From the NCBI GenBank assembly GCA_039090665.1, contig JAWCSL010000002.1:1-64000 (forward strand): a stretch of DNA of 64,000 bases. The letters run 5' to 3'. Both the position numbers and the translations under genes were made by a program. The DNA is from Candidatus Aenigmatarchaeota archaeon (GTDB taxonomy: Archaea > Aenigmatarchaeota > Aenigmatarchaeia > CG10238-14 > SCSR01). Positions 8,531-17,951 of the stretch are shown in pieces; position 1 is the first letter of the stretch; each line of letters starts with the position of its first letter. A model generated the notes under the pieces. The model was given only the letters and a program-made list of their open reading frames with translations, did not search any database and was not told where the DNA came from.

Positions 8531-8628
8531 CAATTTTGTATACTTTGAAGTTCCATTAAGTTTCTTTTACTCTCCTTTTGCATGGTCACATTAGAATTAG
8601 TTTATTCCCATTTTAATTGTCAGCGAGG

Positions 8629-8714
8629 TGCCCCCACTGGGATTTGAACCCAGACCAAGAGCTTTTCACTGAAAACCGCAAGCTCCCGTCCTATCCAGGT
8701 TAGACGATGGGGGC
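8629..8714 (-). tRNA. tRNA-Arg(GCG) with 12-nt intron at 37/38 (8664-8675)
   Basis: Acceptor GCCCCCA/TGGGGGC, T-loop TTCAAAT, anticodon stem GGAGC/GCTCT, 74 nt after intron removal; CCA not encoded. Confidence 0.9.
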
Positions 8715-8757
8715 AATCTATAAAAATATTTCTCACCAATTAATTTAATCTGATAAC

Positions 8758-8919
8758 ATGTTCAAATGCTCAACTTGCAAAGTCAACATCTTGGCAAAAG
8801 AAAATTTTGTTAGGTTTAGTTGTCCTGCTTGTGGAAGAACTGAAATAGTTCGCTGCAAAACTTGCAAGGCTTTGAGCAATAAATATGTTTGTGAAAATTG
8901 CGGTTTTGTGGGGCCTTGA
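8758..8919 (+). CDS. Zn-ribbon small protein (DUF1610/COG2888-like), absent from the ORF track
   Basis: 53 aa MFKCSTC...FSCPACG...IVRCKTC...YVCENCGFVGP, four CxxC pairs, directly upstream of EF-1beta as is typical in archaea. Confidence 0.9.
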   Translation: MFKCSTCKVNILAKENFVRFSCPACGRTEIVRCKTCKALSNKYVCENCGFVGP

Positions 8920-8921
8920 AT

Positions 8922-9179
8922 ATGGCAGAAGTGATAGTTGGCTTAAAGATTTTGCCAAAAACAGTTGAAGTTGATTTGGACAAGCTGGAGAAAAAGATAA
9001 GGGAAGCAATTTCTCCCGAAAGGATGCAAAGAGAGCCTATAGCTTTTGGTTTGGTTGCTATTCAAGCTGTCAAGCTTGTGTCTGATGCCGAAGGTCAAAT
9101 AGACGAGCTTGAGAGAAAGCTGAAAGCAATAGAAGAAGTTGGGGAAGTTGAAATTACAGGAATAACAAGAAGCTTATAA
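8922..9179 (+). CDS. ef1b: Elongation factor 1-beta
   Basis: KILP...VDLDKL, REPIAFGLVAI motif. Confidence 0.9.
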   Translation: MAEVIVGLKILPKTVEVDLDKLEKKIREAISPERMQREPIAFGLVAIQAVKLVSDAEGQIDELERKLKAIEEVGEVEITGITRSL

Positions 9180-9214
9180 TAGATTTTTATTCTCTTTCAC
9201 AAATAGATTTTAGT

Positions 9215-9451
9215 ATGGTTAGAATGATTCCTAAGATTTACAAGAGGAAAAGGTGGAAGATAGCTTTACTCTGGGTTTTGTCTTCTCTTTTCTTGCTCTT
9301 TGGCTCGATGATAGCTGGTGAGCTCCAAGTAAGCTATGGAACGAATGAAATAGCTCTTTGGATTGCTTTTTTCCTAGCTCTAATTTTCTTCCTGTTAGCA
9401 AGCTTGCTGTGGATAGCAATAGCAGTAGCTTTGAGGCAATTTGAAGAATAA
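9215..9451 (+). CDS. Small 2-TM membrane protein
   Basis: Two hydrophobic stretches. Confidence 0.7.
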   Translation: MVRMIPKIYKRKRWKIALLWVLSSLFLLFGSMIAGELQVSYGTNEIALWIAFFLALIFFLLASLLWIAIAVALRQFEE

Positions 9452-9484
9452 GCTTTTAATACTTTTCTGTCTATAACCAATATA

Positions 9485-10483
9485 ATGGCAGAAATAAGGA
9501 TAAAAATTCCAAAAATGCCGAAAGTTGACATCTGGAGAGTCTTGACAATTGTTTTTGCTGCTATAATTTTGGCTCAACTGTTCGGTTTTTTCAATTTAAC
9601 AGGTCTAGTTGCTTTACCTTCTCTTTCAGGTCAAGAAGTTGGAAAAAAAGTCATAAACTACATAAACCAAAATTTAGTCCAACCAGGAACAAGCGCAAGC
9701 TTAGTTTCTGTTAACGATAAAGGAAGTTTTTATGAAATTGTAACAAGCTATCAAGGAAATAGGATTACAGTTTATGCTTCAAAAGATGGAAACTATCTTT
9801 TCTTGCAAGCTTTCAACATGAACCAACAGCTTCCGAGACAAGAAGCTCAAGAAGAGCAGCCTCAAGAAATTCCAAAAACAGATAGACCAGAAGCAAGAGT
9901 TTTTGTGATGAGCTACTGTCCCTTCGGTTTACAATTCTTGAAAGCTTACATCCCAGTTATGGAGCTCTTAGGCAATAAAGCTGACTTATATGTCAATTTT
10001 GTGGATTACATCATGCATGGAGAAAAAGAGATGATAGAAAACACGAGAATGTATTGCATACAAAAAGAACAAAGAGATAAGTTCACGAGCTATTTGAGGT
10101 GTTTTGTGCAAAGCGGAGATGCTGAAAAATGCATCTCAGAAGCCAAAGTAGATAAAGCTAAGCTTGATGCTTGTATGGAAGCTACAGACAAACAATTCAA
10201 CCTTACAAAATTGTTCAAAGAGAGTGGGGCAACTTATCCGCCTTATCCGATTGATTCAGAATTGAACGATAAATACAATGTGAGGGGTTCACCAACTTTC
10301 GTCGTGAATGGCGTGACGGTAAGCGTCAACAGAGCTGCAGAATCAATCAAGCAGACAATATGCTCGGCTTTCAAGACTCCACCAACTGAATGCTCCCAAA
10401 AACTAAGCACAACAACAGAATCTCCAGGAATTGGAGCAATAGGTTCAGGAAGTGGTGCAAGCTCTTCTGGTGGTTGCGCTTAG
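9485..10483 (+). CDS. Membrane-anchored thioredoxin-fold (DsbA/DsbC-like) protein
   Basis: N-terminal TM, DsbC-like N domain (YASKDGNYLF), MSYCPFG, VRGSPTFVVNG cis-Pro loop. Confidence 0.7.
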   Translation: MAEIRIKIPKMPKVDIWRVLTIVFAAIILAQLFGFFNLTGLVALPSLSGQEVGKKVINYINQNLVQPGTSASLVSVNDKGSFYEIVTSYQGNRITVYASKDGNYLFLQAFNMNQQLPRQEAQEEQPQEIPKTDRPEARVFVMSYCPFGLQFLKAYIPVMELLGNKADLYVNFVDYIMHGEKEMIENTRMYCIQKEQRDKFTSYLRCFVQSGDAEKCISEAKVDKAKLDACMEATDKQFNLTKLFKESGATYPPYPIDSELNDKYNVRGSPTFVVNGVTVSVNRAAESIKQTICSAFKTPPTECSQKLSTTTESPGIGAIGSGSGASSSGGCA

Positions 10484-11025
10484 AAAAGACCACCAACAAA
10501 AAGCTTGTGCCTATCTTTTTCTTCAAGCTCACTTATTATTCTTTTGACAATCATTTTCTTAGGGTCAGGCAACATTTCAACCCTTTCTTGCAAATCTTGA
10601 AAGCTCTTGAAAGGCTCTTCTTTTCTTTTTGTCAAAATCTCCCACAAATGTTTTTTGCCAATTCCTGGTAAGAGCTCTAGCATGTGAGAGCGAGTGCTTA
10701 GAGGCATAGCTTTATTGAAAAAATTGACAAATCTTGCTTCATTGATTGCAACCAAATTGTTTATCACATTCTCGAGTTCATTCTTTGCAAAATTAGTTAA
10801 ATCAGAATACTTTATTCTTCCTCTTATGTATTTAACAACATCCCATTTTCCTTCACCAATGTAAACTTTATCTCCAGGTTTAACAGTTTTTCCCTCTTTT
10901 ATCACAATCTCTAGCAATGTAAAAAACTTATCGCCAATAGCTTGAGCTACTGGTTCAGCCTTTCTATCTCCAGCTTTTCCATGCGGGAAGAAATCCAGTA
11001 TTATCGCAAAATCATCTTTCATCAT
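10480..11025 (-). CDS. DUF655 putative RNA-binding protein
   Basis: AQAIG...FTLLE, HMLELLPGIGKK HhH; conserved position after rpo4. Confidence 0.9.
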   Translation of the reverse strand: MMKDDFAIILDFFPHGKAGDRKAEPVAQAIGDKFFTLLEIVIKEGKTVKPGDKVYIGEGKWDVVKYIRGRIKYSDLTNFAKNELENVINNLVAINEARFVNFFNKAMPLSTRSHMLELLPGIGKKHLWEILTKRKEEPFKSFQDLQERVEMLPDPKKMIVKRIISELEEKDRHKLFVGGLF

Positions 11026-11043
11026 TTTTATCGCCCCAAGAAA

Positions 11044-11370
11044 TCAAACAAATTTCTTCACAATTTCAAGGATTTTTTCAATCTCTTCTTGTGTAAATGC
11101 AGAATATTCTTTATGAAGAATAGCTCTAAGATCATCCTTATCTTCGGGTAAAAAATTAGCAATAGTCACAATCTGTTTTTCCCTCAATCTTTCAATCGAC
11201 CTCAGTTCTTCAATAAGTTTTCTTATCTTTTCAGGCTCAACTTTAACAAACTTTCTGAGCAAAGCTAAAGTTATTTTTTGCTCATATTTGAGTTCCCCTT
11301 CTTTCTCTCTATTTTCTAAAATCTCTTTTGCTTCCACATCTGGAATCTCTTTCTCAGATATAACATTCAT
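11044..11370 (-). CDS. rpo4: RNA polymerase subunit Rpo4 (RpoF)
   Basis: ELKYEQK, IANFLPEDKDDLRAIL; gene context. Confidence 0.85.
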   Translation of the reverse strand: MNVISEKEIPDVEAKEILENREKEGELKYEQKITLALLRKFVKVEPEKIRKLIEELRSIERLREKQIVTIANFLPEDKDDLRAILHKEYSAFTQEEIEKILEIVKKFV

Positions 11371-11651
11371 TTCATCACCTTCAAATGTTCTGGTCTCGAA
11401 ATAAGCTTTTTCACCTTATTTCCATCTGTTATCTCAACAATATAACTTTTTCCCCTTTTGCCTATAATCTTACCTACCCTACCTTTATACCTAGAATGGG
11501 GCATACCCTTTTGGGAAGAAGGCTCTTGGTCTATAACAACTTTCTGGCCTATATTAAACTCTTGTAAAAACTTTGTTATAGTAGGCCTATAGCCAGGCTC
11601 TTGTCTTAAAGTTTGCCTTGTTTTTGTTCTTGGTCCACGAGACTTTTTCAT
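11367..11651 (-). CDS. rpl21e: 50S ribosomal protein eL21
   Basis: SRGPRTKTR, GMPHSRYKGRVG, RPEHLK. Confidence 0.95.
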   Translation of the reverse strand: MKKSRGPRTKTRQTLRQEPGYRPTITKFLQEFNIGQKVVIDQEPSSQKGMPHSRYKGRVGKIIGKRGKSYIVEITDGNKVKKLISRPEHLKVMK

Positions 11652-11655
11652 ATTC

Positions 11656-12930
11656 TCACTTATGAATTTTTATAACATCTAACTTTATCTTTTTTGGTTT
11701 ATTAGATATTAATTCTGATATGTTTGGAGTTGTTCTCCCCTCATCACCAGATATAAGCTCTTTAATATATAAACCAGATTGTGCCCTTATCTTGAATAGG
11801 CACTTTTTTTTGCTCAAAATCTTCCAAGAGATTTTTTTTACAATTCTCTTTCTGGTTTTGTCAGCTCTCCTATGAATTACTCTCAAAGGAGTTTTTTGTA
11901 AAATTGTTTGTCCCTCAAGCTTCTTCAATTCTTTCAATTTTTCTTTATCAATTTCTTTTTCAAATTCAACTTCAACAAGGTAAGTTTTATCGGATTTTTC
12001 ACTTTTAAGCTTGACTACAACACTTCTATCAACAAACTTTAAACCAGAAACTTTGACTTTTTTAGACTTGTTTATCTCTTTTTCAATTTTTTTCAAATCA
12101 ATTTTTCTTTTAAGTGGTTTCACAATTTCAATCACAAAAGGCCTACCATCAAGACATCTTGCATCTATATCTTCACGACCAGAAGCATGAAAAGCAGATT
12201 TTTTTGCTTTTGTAGCTTTGAGGAAAGGTTTTTCAATTATCTCTTGAATAGAAGTGGGATAAAGCTTTCCGGTACCTTTACAATCCACACAGCCTTTACC
12301 TTTACACTTTGGGCAAGACCATTTCGATTGAGGTATGCCTCGAACAAGCTTCTTATATTTTCCATAAACGAACAAGCTTCTTATCTCTTTTTTAATCTTA
12401 CCAGTTTTTAAATTTACTATTATTGTTAGATCAGGATTCTCAGTCGAAAAAATTTTGCCAGTAAGTTTTTCAACTCTTTTACCTAATTCTCTATTTATTT
12501 CTGATTTAATTGGCTCTACGAAATCTATTCCAATCTTTTCATACAACTTTTCCTCTTCATTCATCATTTCATCAGTCGGTATAGAGCCAATTAAGAATGT
12601 CTTGAACTCTATTCCTTTAATCTCTTTCACAATTCTCTTGGCAATTTCATCTATTTCTTCAAGAAAAAAATTCTTGCAAATTTTACATTTTTCAGGTTCT
12701 TTTATCTCGAGTTTAACATTTCTGAATTTTATTCCATGAAAATTGCTTGTATCGACTTCAATTTTTTCTCCAGAGTCAATCAAGAAAGCAAGAAAAATCC
12801 TCAAGATTTTCCCTCTTTCTTTATTGGAGAAACCACTGAGCAATTCTGAGCAAATTCTACCCAAGCAAGAATCGCAAATGTATCCTTCTTTAAGTGTTTC
12901 TGCTATCTTCTCTACAAGCTTCATGTTCAT
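11656..12930 (-). CDS. pus10: tRNA pseudouridine(54/55) synthase Pus10
   Basis: CDSCLGR, FHASGREDIDAR, GLYIKELISGDEGRT. Confidence 0.95.
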   Translation of the reverse strand: MNMKLVEKIAETLKEGYICDSCLGRICSELLSGFSNKERGKILRIFLAFLIDSGEKIEVDTSNFHGIKFRNVKLEIKEPEKCKICKNFFLEEIDEIAKRIVKEIKGIEFKTFLIGSIPTDEMMNEEEKLYEKIGIDFVEPIKSEINRELGKRVEKLTGKIFSTENPDLTIIVNLKTGKIKKEIRSLFVYGKYKKLVRGIPQSKWSCPKCKGKGCVDCKGTGKLYPTSIQEIIEKPFLKATKAKKSAFHASGREDIDARCLDGRPFVIEIVKPLKRKIDLKKIEKEINKSKKVKVSGLKFVDRSVVVKLKSEKSDKTYLVEVEFEKEIDKEKLKELKKLEGQTILQKTPLRVIHRRADKTRKRIVKKISWKILSKKKCLFKIRAQSGLYIKELISGDEGRTTPNISELISNKPKKIKLDVIKIHK

Positions 12931-13028
12931 CCTCTTTTTCCAGAATTGAGATTTTTAATTAATAAACTTCTACTCCCAACAACACTCAGTTTTTCTCTTT
13001 AAAAAATTTTTCAATTTTTTAATCATAT

Positions 13029-13547
13029 TTATTCCTTACAACAATCCACGATTTTTTGAACAATGGCACCAAGCTTGGAGAATACATTACCTTCTTTATC
13101 ATGGACATTCAACTTTTTATCTTCAATTTCCTTTATTTCTCCAATCTTCACTATATTCAAGTTAATTCCCCAGAAAAGTGAATAGAGCTGATAAGCTTTT
13201 GAAAAAAGATCTTCTGCCTCTTTTTTGTTTCCTTTGTTCAGCTCTTTTGTTCCCACTTCAATCAATCTCATGGAGGCAGCCAAAAGATGCTTTAAGATGC
13301 ACCAGCTTTCACCTTCAGTTTTCTTCACTAGTCTTTTCATCAACTCTTTTCTCATCTCTCTTATTTCATTCAACAAGTCAAAATATTTTGTTTTTTTGGT
13401 TTTTGCACCAGTGAAGAAGAAATGTTCTTCCAAACTCAAAAGATTCATCACAGCTACACTCAAATCTTCATCTGAAGATAAGTCAATCTTTCCTTCTTGA
13501 GTTACTTTTTTAACTTTTTCCAGCAATTTTTTTATTTTCTCTTCCAT
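13029..13547 (-). CDS. Hypothetical helical protein with conserved-looking His/Cys residues
   Basis: MNLLSLEEHFFFT, SWCILKHLL, C-terminal DCCKE. Confidence 0.75.
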   Translation of the reverse strand: MEEKIKKLLEKVKKVTQEGKIDLSSDEDLSVAVMNLLSLEEHFFFTGAKTKKTKYFDLLNEIREMRKELMKRLVKKTEGESWCILKHLLAASMRLIEVGTKELNKGNKKEAEDLFSKAYQLYSLFWGINLNIVKIGEIKEIEDKKLNVHDKEGNVFSKLGAIVQKIVDCCKE

Positions 13548-13548
13548 A

Positions 13549-14055
13549 TCAACACCTTGTTATCAAATAAAAAATTAAGCTTGCTACCAACAAAAAAACC
13601 AAAGGTATTATAACTTTTTGGAATGGGAATAAAACTTTGCCTTTATTCATTTTCTTTATTTTTTCATTTACGATCAGGCTAAACTGGAATGCAATAGTAC
13701 CTGCAATAATTCCGATCAAAAGCTTGTCTATTCCAAAGAGCTTGCTGCAAGAAGGATGGCCTATTGCTTTCATCCAATAAAGAGATAGAAATGAAGTAGA
13801 ATAAACAATCAAGGTTATCAAAAGTTTTGTAAATTTGAGCTTGAAGTTCTTTTCTAGCCAATTTGCGAGCCAAAGAGAAGTTGAAAGCAATAAACCACCT
13901 ATCCAGATTCCTGTTATAGTGTCATCTATACCTAGCAATCTTGAAAACTCAAGACCTCCAGCAACAGCTATAACACAAACGGGGCAAGTTGCCGTTGCTT
14001 CAGAAAAAACTATTGATAAAAAAATAATTGTGAAGAAGAGTAGTTTGAATTTCAT
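13549..14055 (-). CDS. Multi-TM membrane protein with CxxC
   Basis: Signal-like N-terminus then CPVC, about 4 further TMs; start overlaps upstream stop (ATGA). Confidence 0.75.
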   Translation of the reverse strand: MKFKLLFFTIIFLSIVFSEATATCPVCVIAVAGGLEFSRLLGIDDTITGIWIGGLLLSTSLWLANWLEKNFKLKFTKLLITLIVYSTSFLSLYWMKAIGHPSCSKLFGIDKLLIGIIAGTIAFQFSLIVNEKIKKMNKGKVLFPFQKVIIPLVFLLVASLIFYLITRC

Positions 14056-14477
14056 ACTTTCACCCCAGTACAATTCTCATAAAATTCTTTCAGCTCTTCT
14101 TCATTCATTTCACCTATATAAGTCTTGTTGTCTCTTAAACAAAGCTTCGCCGGCACAAGAAGGCCTGGTTTATTTCGAATATTAGAGTCTTTATGGTAAA
14201 TGAGATAGTCAGAATATTGGTTTATGATGTCGCTACAAGCAACACTGCTACCATCAACCATATAAAATTCTCCAGTAAGATTTAGGGCTTTGATTTTTGA
14301 AAGTTCCGACTTGCAATGCGGGCATGTAGGAGAATAAACAAAAAGCATACTGTATCCTTCCAAGCTTTTACCACAATCATTCCTATAAGCATCCCTTGGA
14401 ATAAAAAATACATAACTAATAACAGCAATCACCACGATTAAGGCAGTTGGAACTAAAATCCAAGGTTTAGTCTTCAT
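14052..14477 (-). CDS. Membrane-anchored thioredoxin-like protein
   Basis: N-terminal TM, FVYSPTCPHC, VP cis-Pro-like motif. Confidence 0.75.
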   Translation of the reverse strand: MKTKPWILVPTALIVVIAVISYVFFIPRDAYRNDCGKSLEGYSMLFVYSPTCPHCKSELSKIKALNLTGEFYMVDGSSVACSDIINQYSDYLIYHKDSNIRNKPGLLVPAKLCLRDNKTYIGEMNEEELKEFYENCTGVKV

Positions 14478-14517
14478 TTTTATCACTAACTATTATTGAT
14501 TTTTTTAAGAATTAAGA

Positions 14518-15111
14518 TTATAAACATTTTCTATCTAGCTCATTGTGGCAAATTACTATAACATGAGATGCAAGGTAAGTTAGTTTTCCAACAGAAATCC
14601 TTTTAGCACCAATCCTATCCAGAAGCCTTTCTGTATTTTTTGGCAAGCCTTTGTGATCCCCTAACACAAAACAAACATTTTTTTCAAATTCAAATTCTCT
14701 TATGTCTATTCCTTTTGGATTAAGATAAATGAGCTGAGTTTCTTTAGCTTTTTCTTTTACCAATTCTTCAAAACTTTTTTTACTCACTTTTATCCCATCA
14801 CCAACTATTCTTTCTTCATTTTTTTCTAAATCTAACCCCAAATTTACGGCTTTGTTTATCCATGCTCCTATATTTCTTTCATCCGGAGTAATGCGTTTAA
14901 GATTTTCTCCAAAAAAGCTTATGAGTTTTGGAGGTTTTGGAGGACCTTCCAAGACAGCATGAAAACGAACATCTTTTCTTATGGCTTCAGAAATGAAAAA
15001 AGCGTTGGATATACAGCGACAAACTAAATCAATTCTTCCAGAACCTGCTAAATCGTTAAGGTTAAATGGTCTTGTAAATGCTTTAGAGGCCTTGAGAATG
15101 AACTCTCTCAT
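14518..15111 (-). CDS. trmY: tRNA (pseudouridine54-N1)-methyltransferase TrmY
   Basis: GSGRIDLVCRC, PDERNI, FVLGDHKG SPOUT motifs. Confidence 0.9.
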   Translation of the reverse strand: MREFILKASKAFTRPFNLNDLAGSGRIDLVCRCISNAFFISEAIRKDVRFHAVLEGPPKPPKLISFFGENLKRITPDERNIGAWINKAVNLGLDLEKNEERIVGDGIKVSKKSFEELVKEKAKETQLIYLNPKGIDIREFEFEKNVCFVLGDHKGLPKNTERLLDRIGAKRISVGKLTYLASHVIVICHNELDRKCL

Positions 15112-16430
15112 ACCTTGAACCCAAATTGTTTCATGAGCTTGCTCAAAGCTCCTCTTTCAAGACCAGCCTTACCACCAAGCATTTTCATGAGTTTTTTCAT
15201 TTGTTCATATTGTTGCAAAAGCTCTCTAACTTCACTTTCAGGTCTTCCGCTTCCTCTTGCAATTCTCCTTATCCTTGAGGCATTTATTATTTCAGGATTT
15301 TCCCTTTCCTCTTTTGTCATTGACTGAATTATATACTTGTAGTGCTTCATCTTTTCTTCTTGTTTTTCCAACACATCTTCAGGGATTTTCATTCCCAAAC
15401 CAGGTATCATTCCAACAATTTTACCAAAGGGCCCCATTTTACTCATAGCTTCTATTTGTTCCATAAAATCTTGTAAAGTAAATTTACCTTCAATAATTTT
15501 TTCTACTTTTTCAGGTTTTATTTCAACTTCTTTGGCCTTTTCAATTAAAGTCTGTAAATCACCTAAACCAAGTAGTCTTGAAACAAATCTCTGAGGATCG
15601 TAAACTTCAAAATCTTCTATATGTTCACCTGTACCTAGAAACTTAACTTTTGCTTTTGTTGCCGAGCAAGCTGCTAGAGCACCACCTGCTTTTGCTGTTC
15701 CATCCATCTTGGTTATGAAAATTCCTGTTATCCCAATAAGCTTGTGAAATTCTTCTGATTGTTTTTTTGCAACTTTGCCCAAGTCAGCTGGTATTGTTAA
15801 CAAAACTTCATCTGGTTTTATAATTTCTCCTAACCTCTTAAGCTCATCAGCAAGCTCTTTATCCAAAGCATTTCTTCCAGCAGTGTCGAAAATTATAACA
15901 TCATATTTTTCAAATTTCTTCATCCCTTCTAAAGCAGCTTCATAAGGATTTTTATTAGGATGAATATAAACAGGAACTTTTATTTGATCACCAAGCTGTT
16001 TCAATTGCTCAGGTGCTGCTGGCCTATGATAATCTAGAGCAACTAAAGCTACTCTTAAACCTTGTTTCTGGAAGTAGCGTGCAAGCTTAGCAACACTTGT
16101 AGTTTTACCTGAACCGAAGAGCCCCACAAACATTATTTTCTTCTTACCAATCAAGCTAGCAGGTTTTTCACCAAGCAGCTTAACAAGCTCATCGTAAATT
16201 GTTTTCAAAACATGCTCACGCAAAGTCAAGCCAGCAGGAATTTTTTCTTCCAAGCATTTTTTCCTTATGTTTTTAACAAGCTCTTCAGTGAGCTCAATGC
16301 TAACATCGGCTTGCAATAAAGTTATTTTCATGTCTTTTAGAATTTCCTCTACAACATTCTTATCAATTGTAGTTCCACTCACAAGCTTGTTTATAAGCTT
16401 AGACAATTTTTTTCCAAGTTCATCAAACAT
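15108..16430 (-). CDS. srp54: Signal recognition particle protein SRP54
   Basis: GLFGSGKTT, DTAGR, TKMDG, M domain SRIRRIARGSG. Confidence 0.95.
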   Translation of the reverse strand: MFDELGKKLSKLINKLVSGTTIDKNVVEEILKDMKITLLQADVSIELTEELVKNIRKKCLEEKIPAGLTLREHVLKTIYDELVKLLGEKPASLIGKKKIMFVGLFGSGKTTSVAKLARYFQKQGLRVALVALDYHRPAAPEQLKQLGDQIKVPVYIHPNKNPYEAALEGMKKFEKYDVIIFDTAGRNALDKELADELKRLGEIIKPDEVLLTIPADLGKVAKKQSEEFHKLIGITGIFITKMDGTAKAGGALAACSATKAKVKFLGTGEHIEDFEVYDPQRFVSRLLGLGDLQTLIEKAKEVEIKPEKVEKIIEGKFTLQDFMEQIEAMSKMGPFGKIVGMIPGLGMKIPEDVLEKQEEKMKHYKYIIQSMTKEERENPEIINASRIRRIARGSGRPESEVRELLQQYEQMKKLMKMLGGKAGLERGALSKLMKQFGFKV

Positions 16431-16453
16431 AACTTAAAATAGGTTTATATAAT

Positions 16454-16930
16454 TTAAATCCTATATCTTACAGAAACATTTTTTGTTTCTTCTTCAAGTT
16501 TTTTCTCTTCCCAAGAATTAATAAGGCCTCTCTTAACAAGTTCAAAATTTATAATCGGATTTTTCGCCAGAATTTCTTTTAAATCAATATTTTCTACTTC
16601 TCCAGAGTGTTCATAATAAACTTCTATTGTCTCAATTTGGTAAACGGTAAATAAGTAACTTTTTTCACTATCAAAAACCATTTGTACAGGTTTATATTTT
16701 ACAAGTAGGCCATGATTTTCATCATCTTTAAAAACATCAATTTGAAAATCACCAATATTTAAAGTTGAAATATGATAAAATTTAAGCGCTTCAAATTCTT
16801 TATCGAGCTTATTAATGCAAATTAGTTTTCCTTCATTTACGGTAAAGAGTAACCTTGAATATACTGAAATTAAGAATTCTAGTTCATCGGGATTTATTCC
16901 CAGATCTTCGACATCTATTTCTATATTCAT
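16454..16930 (-). CDS. hypothetical acidic protein
   Basis: 158-aa ORF between ftsY and srp54. Confidence 0.65.
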   Translation of the reverse strand: MNIEIDVEDLGINPDELEFLISVYSRLLFTVNEGKLICINKLDKEFEALKFYHISTLNIGDFQIDVFKDDENHGLLVKYKPVQMVFDSEKSYLFTVYQIETIEVYYEHSGEVENIDLKEILAKNPIINFELVKRGLINSWEEKKLEEETKNVSVRYRI

Positions 16931-16964
16931 TCATTTTTAAAAAGAGAATTAAACTATTTATTCT

Positions 16965-17951
16965 TTACGAAAAAAGAACATTCACAAATTTGTTAGCATC
17001 ATATTTTTCAATTTCTTGATATTCTTGTCCGTGGCTCAAGAACAATATCGGTTTTTTAAGTTCATGAGTAACAGATAAAATTGCTCCTCCCTTTTCATTC
17101 ACATCAACTTTTGTGAAAATCACAGCATCAATTCCAACTTCATTGAAAAGTCTTGCTTGAATAACAGCATCATTTCCTGTCAAAGAATCCACAACCAAAA
17201 CTTTCAAATCAGGCTTTGCAACTTTTACAATTTTGTTCATCTGCTCCATTAAATTTTTGTTTGTGTGAGCTCTTCCTGCTGTATCAATCAAAACAAAATC
17301 TATACCATTGGCTTTAGCATGAGCAATTGCATCAAATGCAACAGCAGCAGGATCTGCCCCATACTTATGCTTAATTACCCTTATTCCAAGCTTCTTAGCA
17401 TGTTCTTCAAGTTGCTCAATAGAAGCAGCTCTGAAAGTGTCAGAAGCTGCGAACACACAAGTATAGCCACCATCAACAAGCCATTTACCAAGCTTTGCTA
17501 GTGAGCTTGTTTTTCCACTGCCATTAAAACCCAAAAATAAAATCACAAAAGGCTTTTTGTTTTCAACCATTTTCTTTAGGTCAATTTCTGGTACAGAGAG
17601 AATTTCAAGCAAGCTTTGCTTCAAAGCTTCAACAACAACTTCTTTTTCTTTTCCTCTTTTTATAGGCTTTCCGACAAGACTTTTCTTCAAATCTTCTTTT
17701 ATTTTCTCAGCAACTTCATAAGCAACATCAGCTTCTATCAAATCTGTTGCAAGTTCATTCAAAATAGGCTCAACATCCTCTTCACTCAACTGTTTTTCTG
17801 CAATGGCTTTAACAACTTTTTCTTTAATCTTTTTGAAAATTTTTTCAGGCTTTTTTTCTTCAACTTCTTTCGGTTTTTCTTCCTTTTTTTCAATTTTTTC
17901 AGAAATAGACTTTATGGCTTTTTTCAGTTTATTCTTCAAAATTTCAAACAT
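16965..17951 (-). CDS. ftsY: SRP receptor FtsY
   Basis: GFNGSGKT, DTFRAA, DTAGR, TKVD. Confidence 0.95.
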   Translation of the reverse strand: MFEILKNKLKKAIKSISEKIEKKEEKPKEVEEKKPEKIFKKIKEKVVKAIAEKQLSEEDVEPILNELATDLIEADVAYEVAEKIKEDLKKSLVGKPIKRGKEKEVVVEALKQSLLEILSVPEIDLKKMVENKKPFVILFLGFNGSGKTSSLAKLGKWLVDGGYTCVFAASDTFRAASIEQLEEHAKKLGIRVIKHKYGADPAAVAFDAIAHAKANGIDFVLIDTAGRAHTNKNLMEQMNKIVKVAKPDLKVLVVDSLTGNDAVIQARLFNEVGIDAVIFTKVDVNEKGGAILSVTHELKKPILFLSHGQEYQEIEKYDANKFVNVLFS

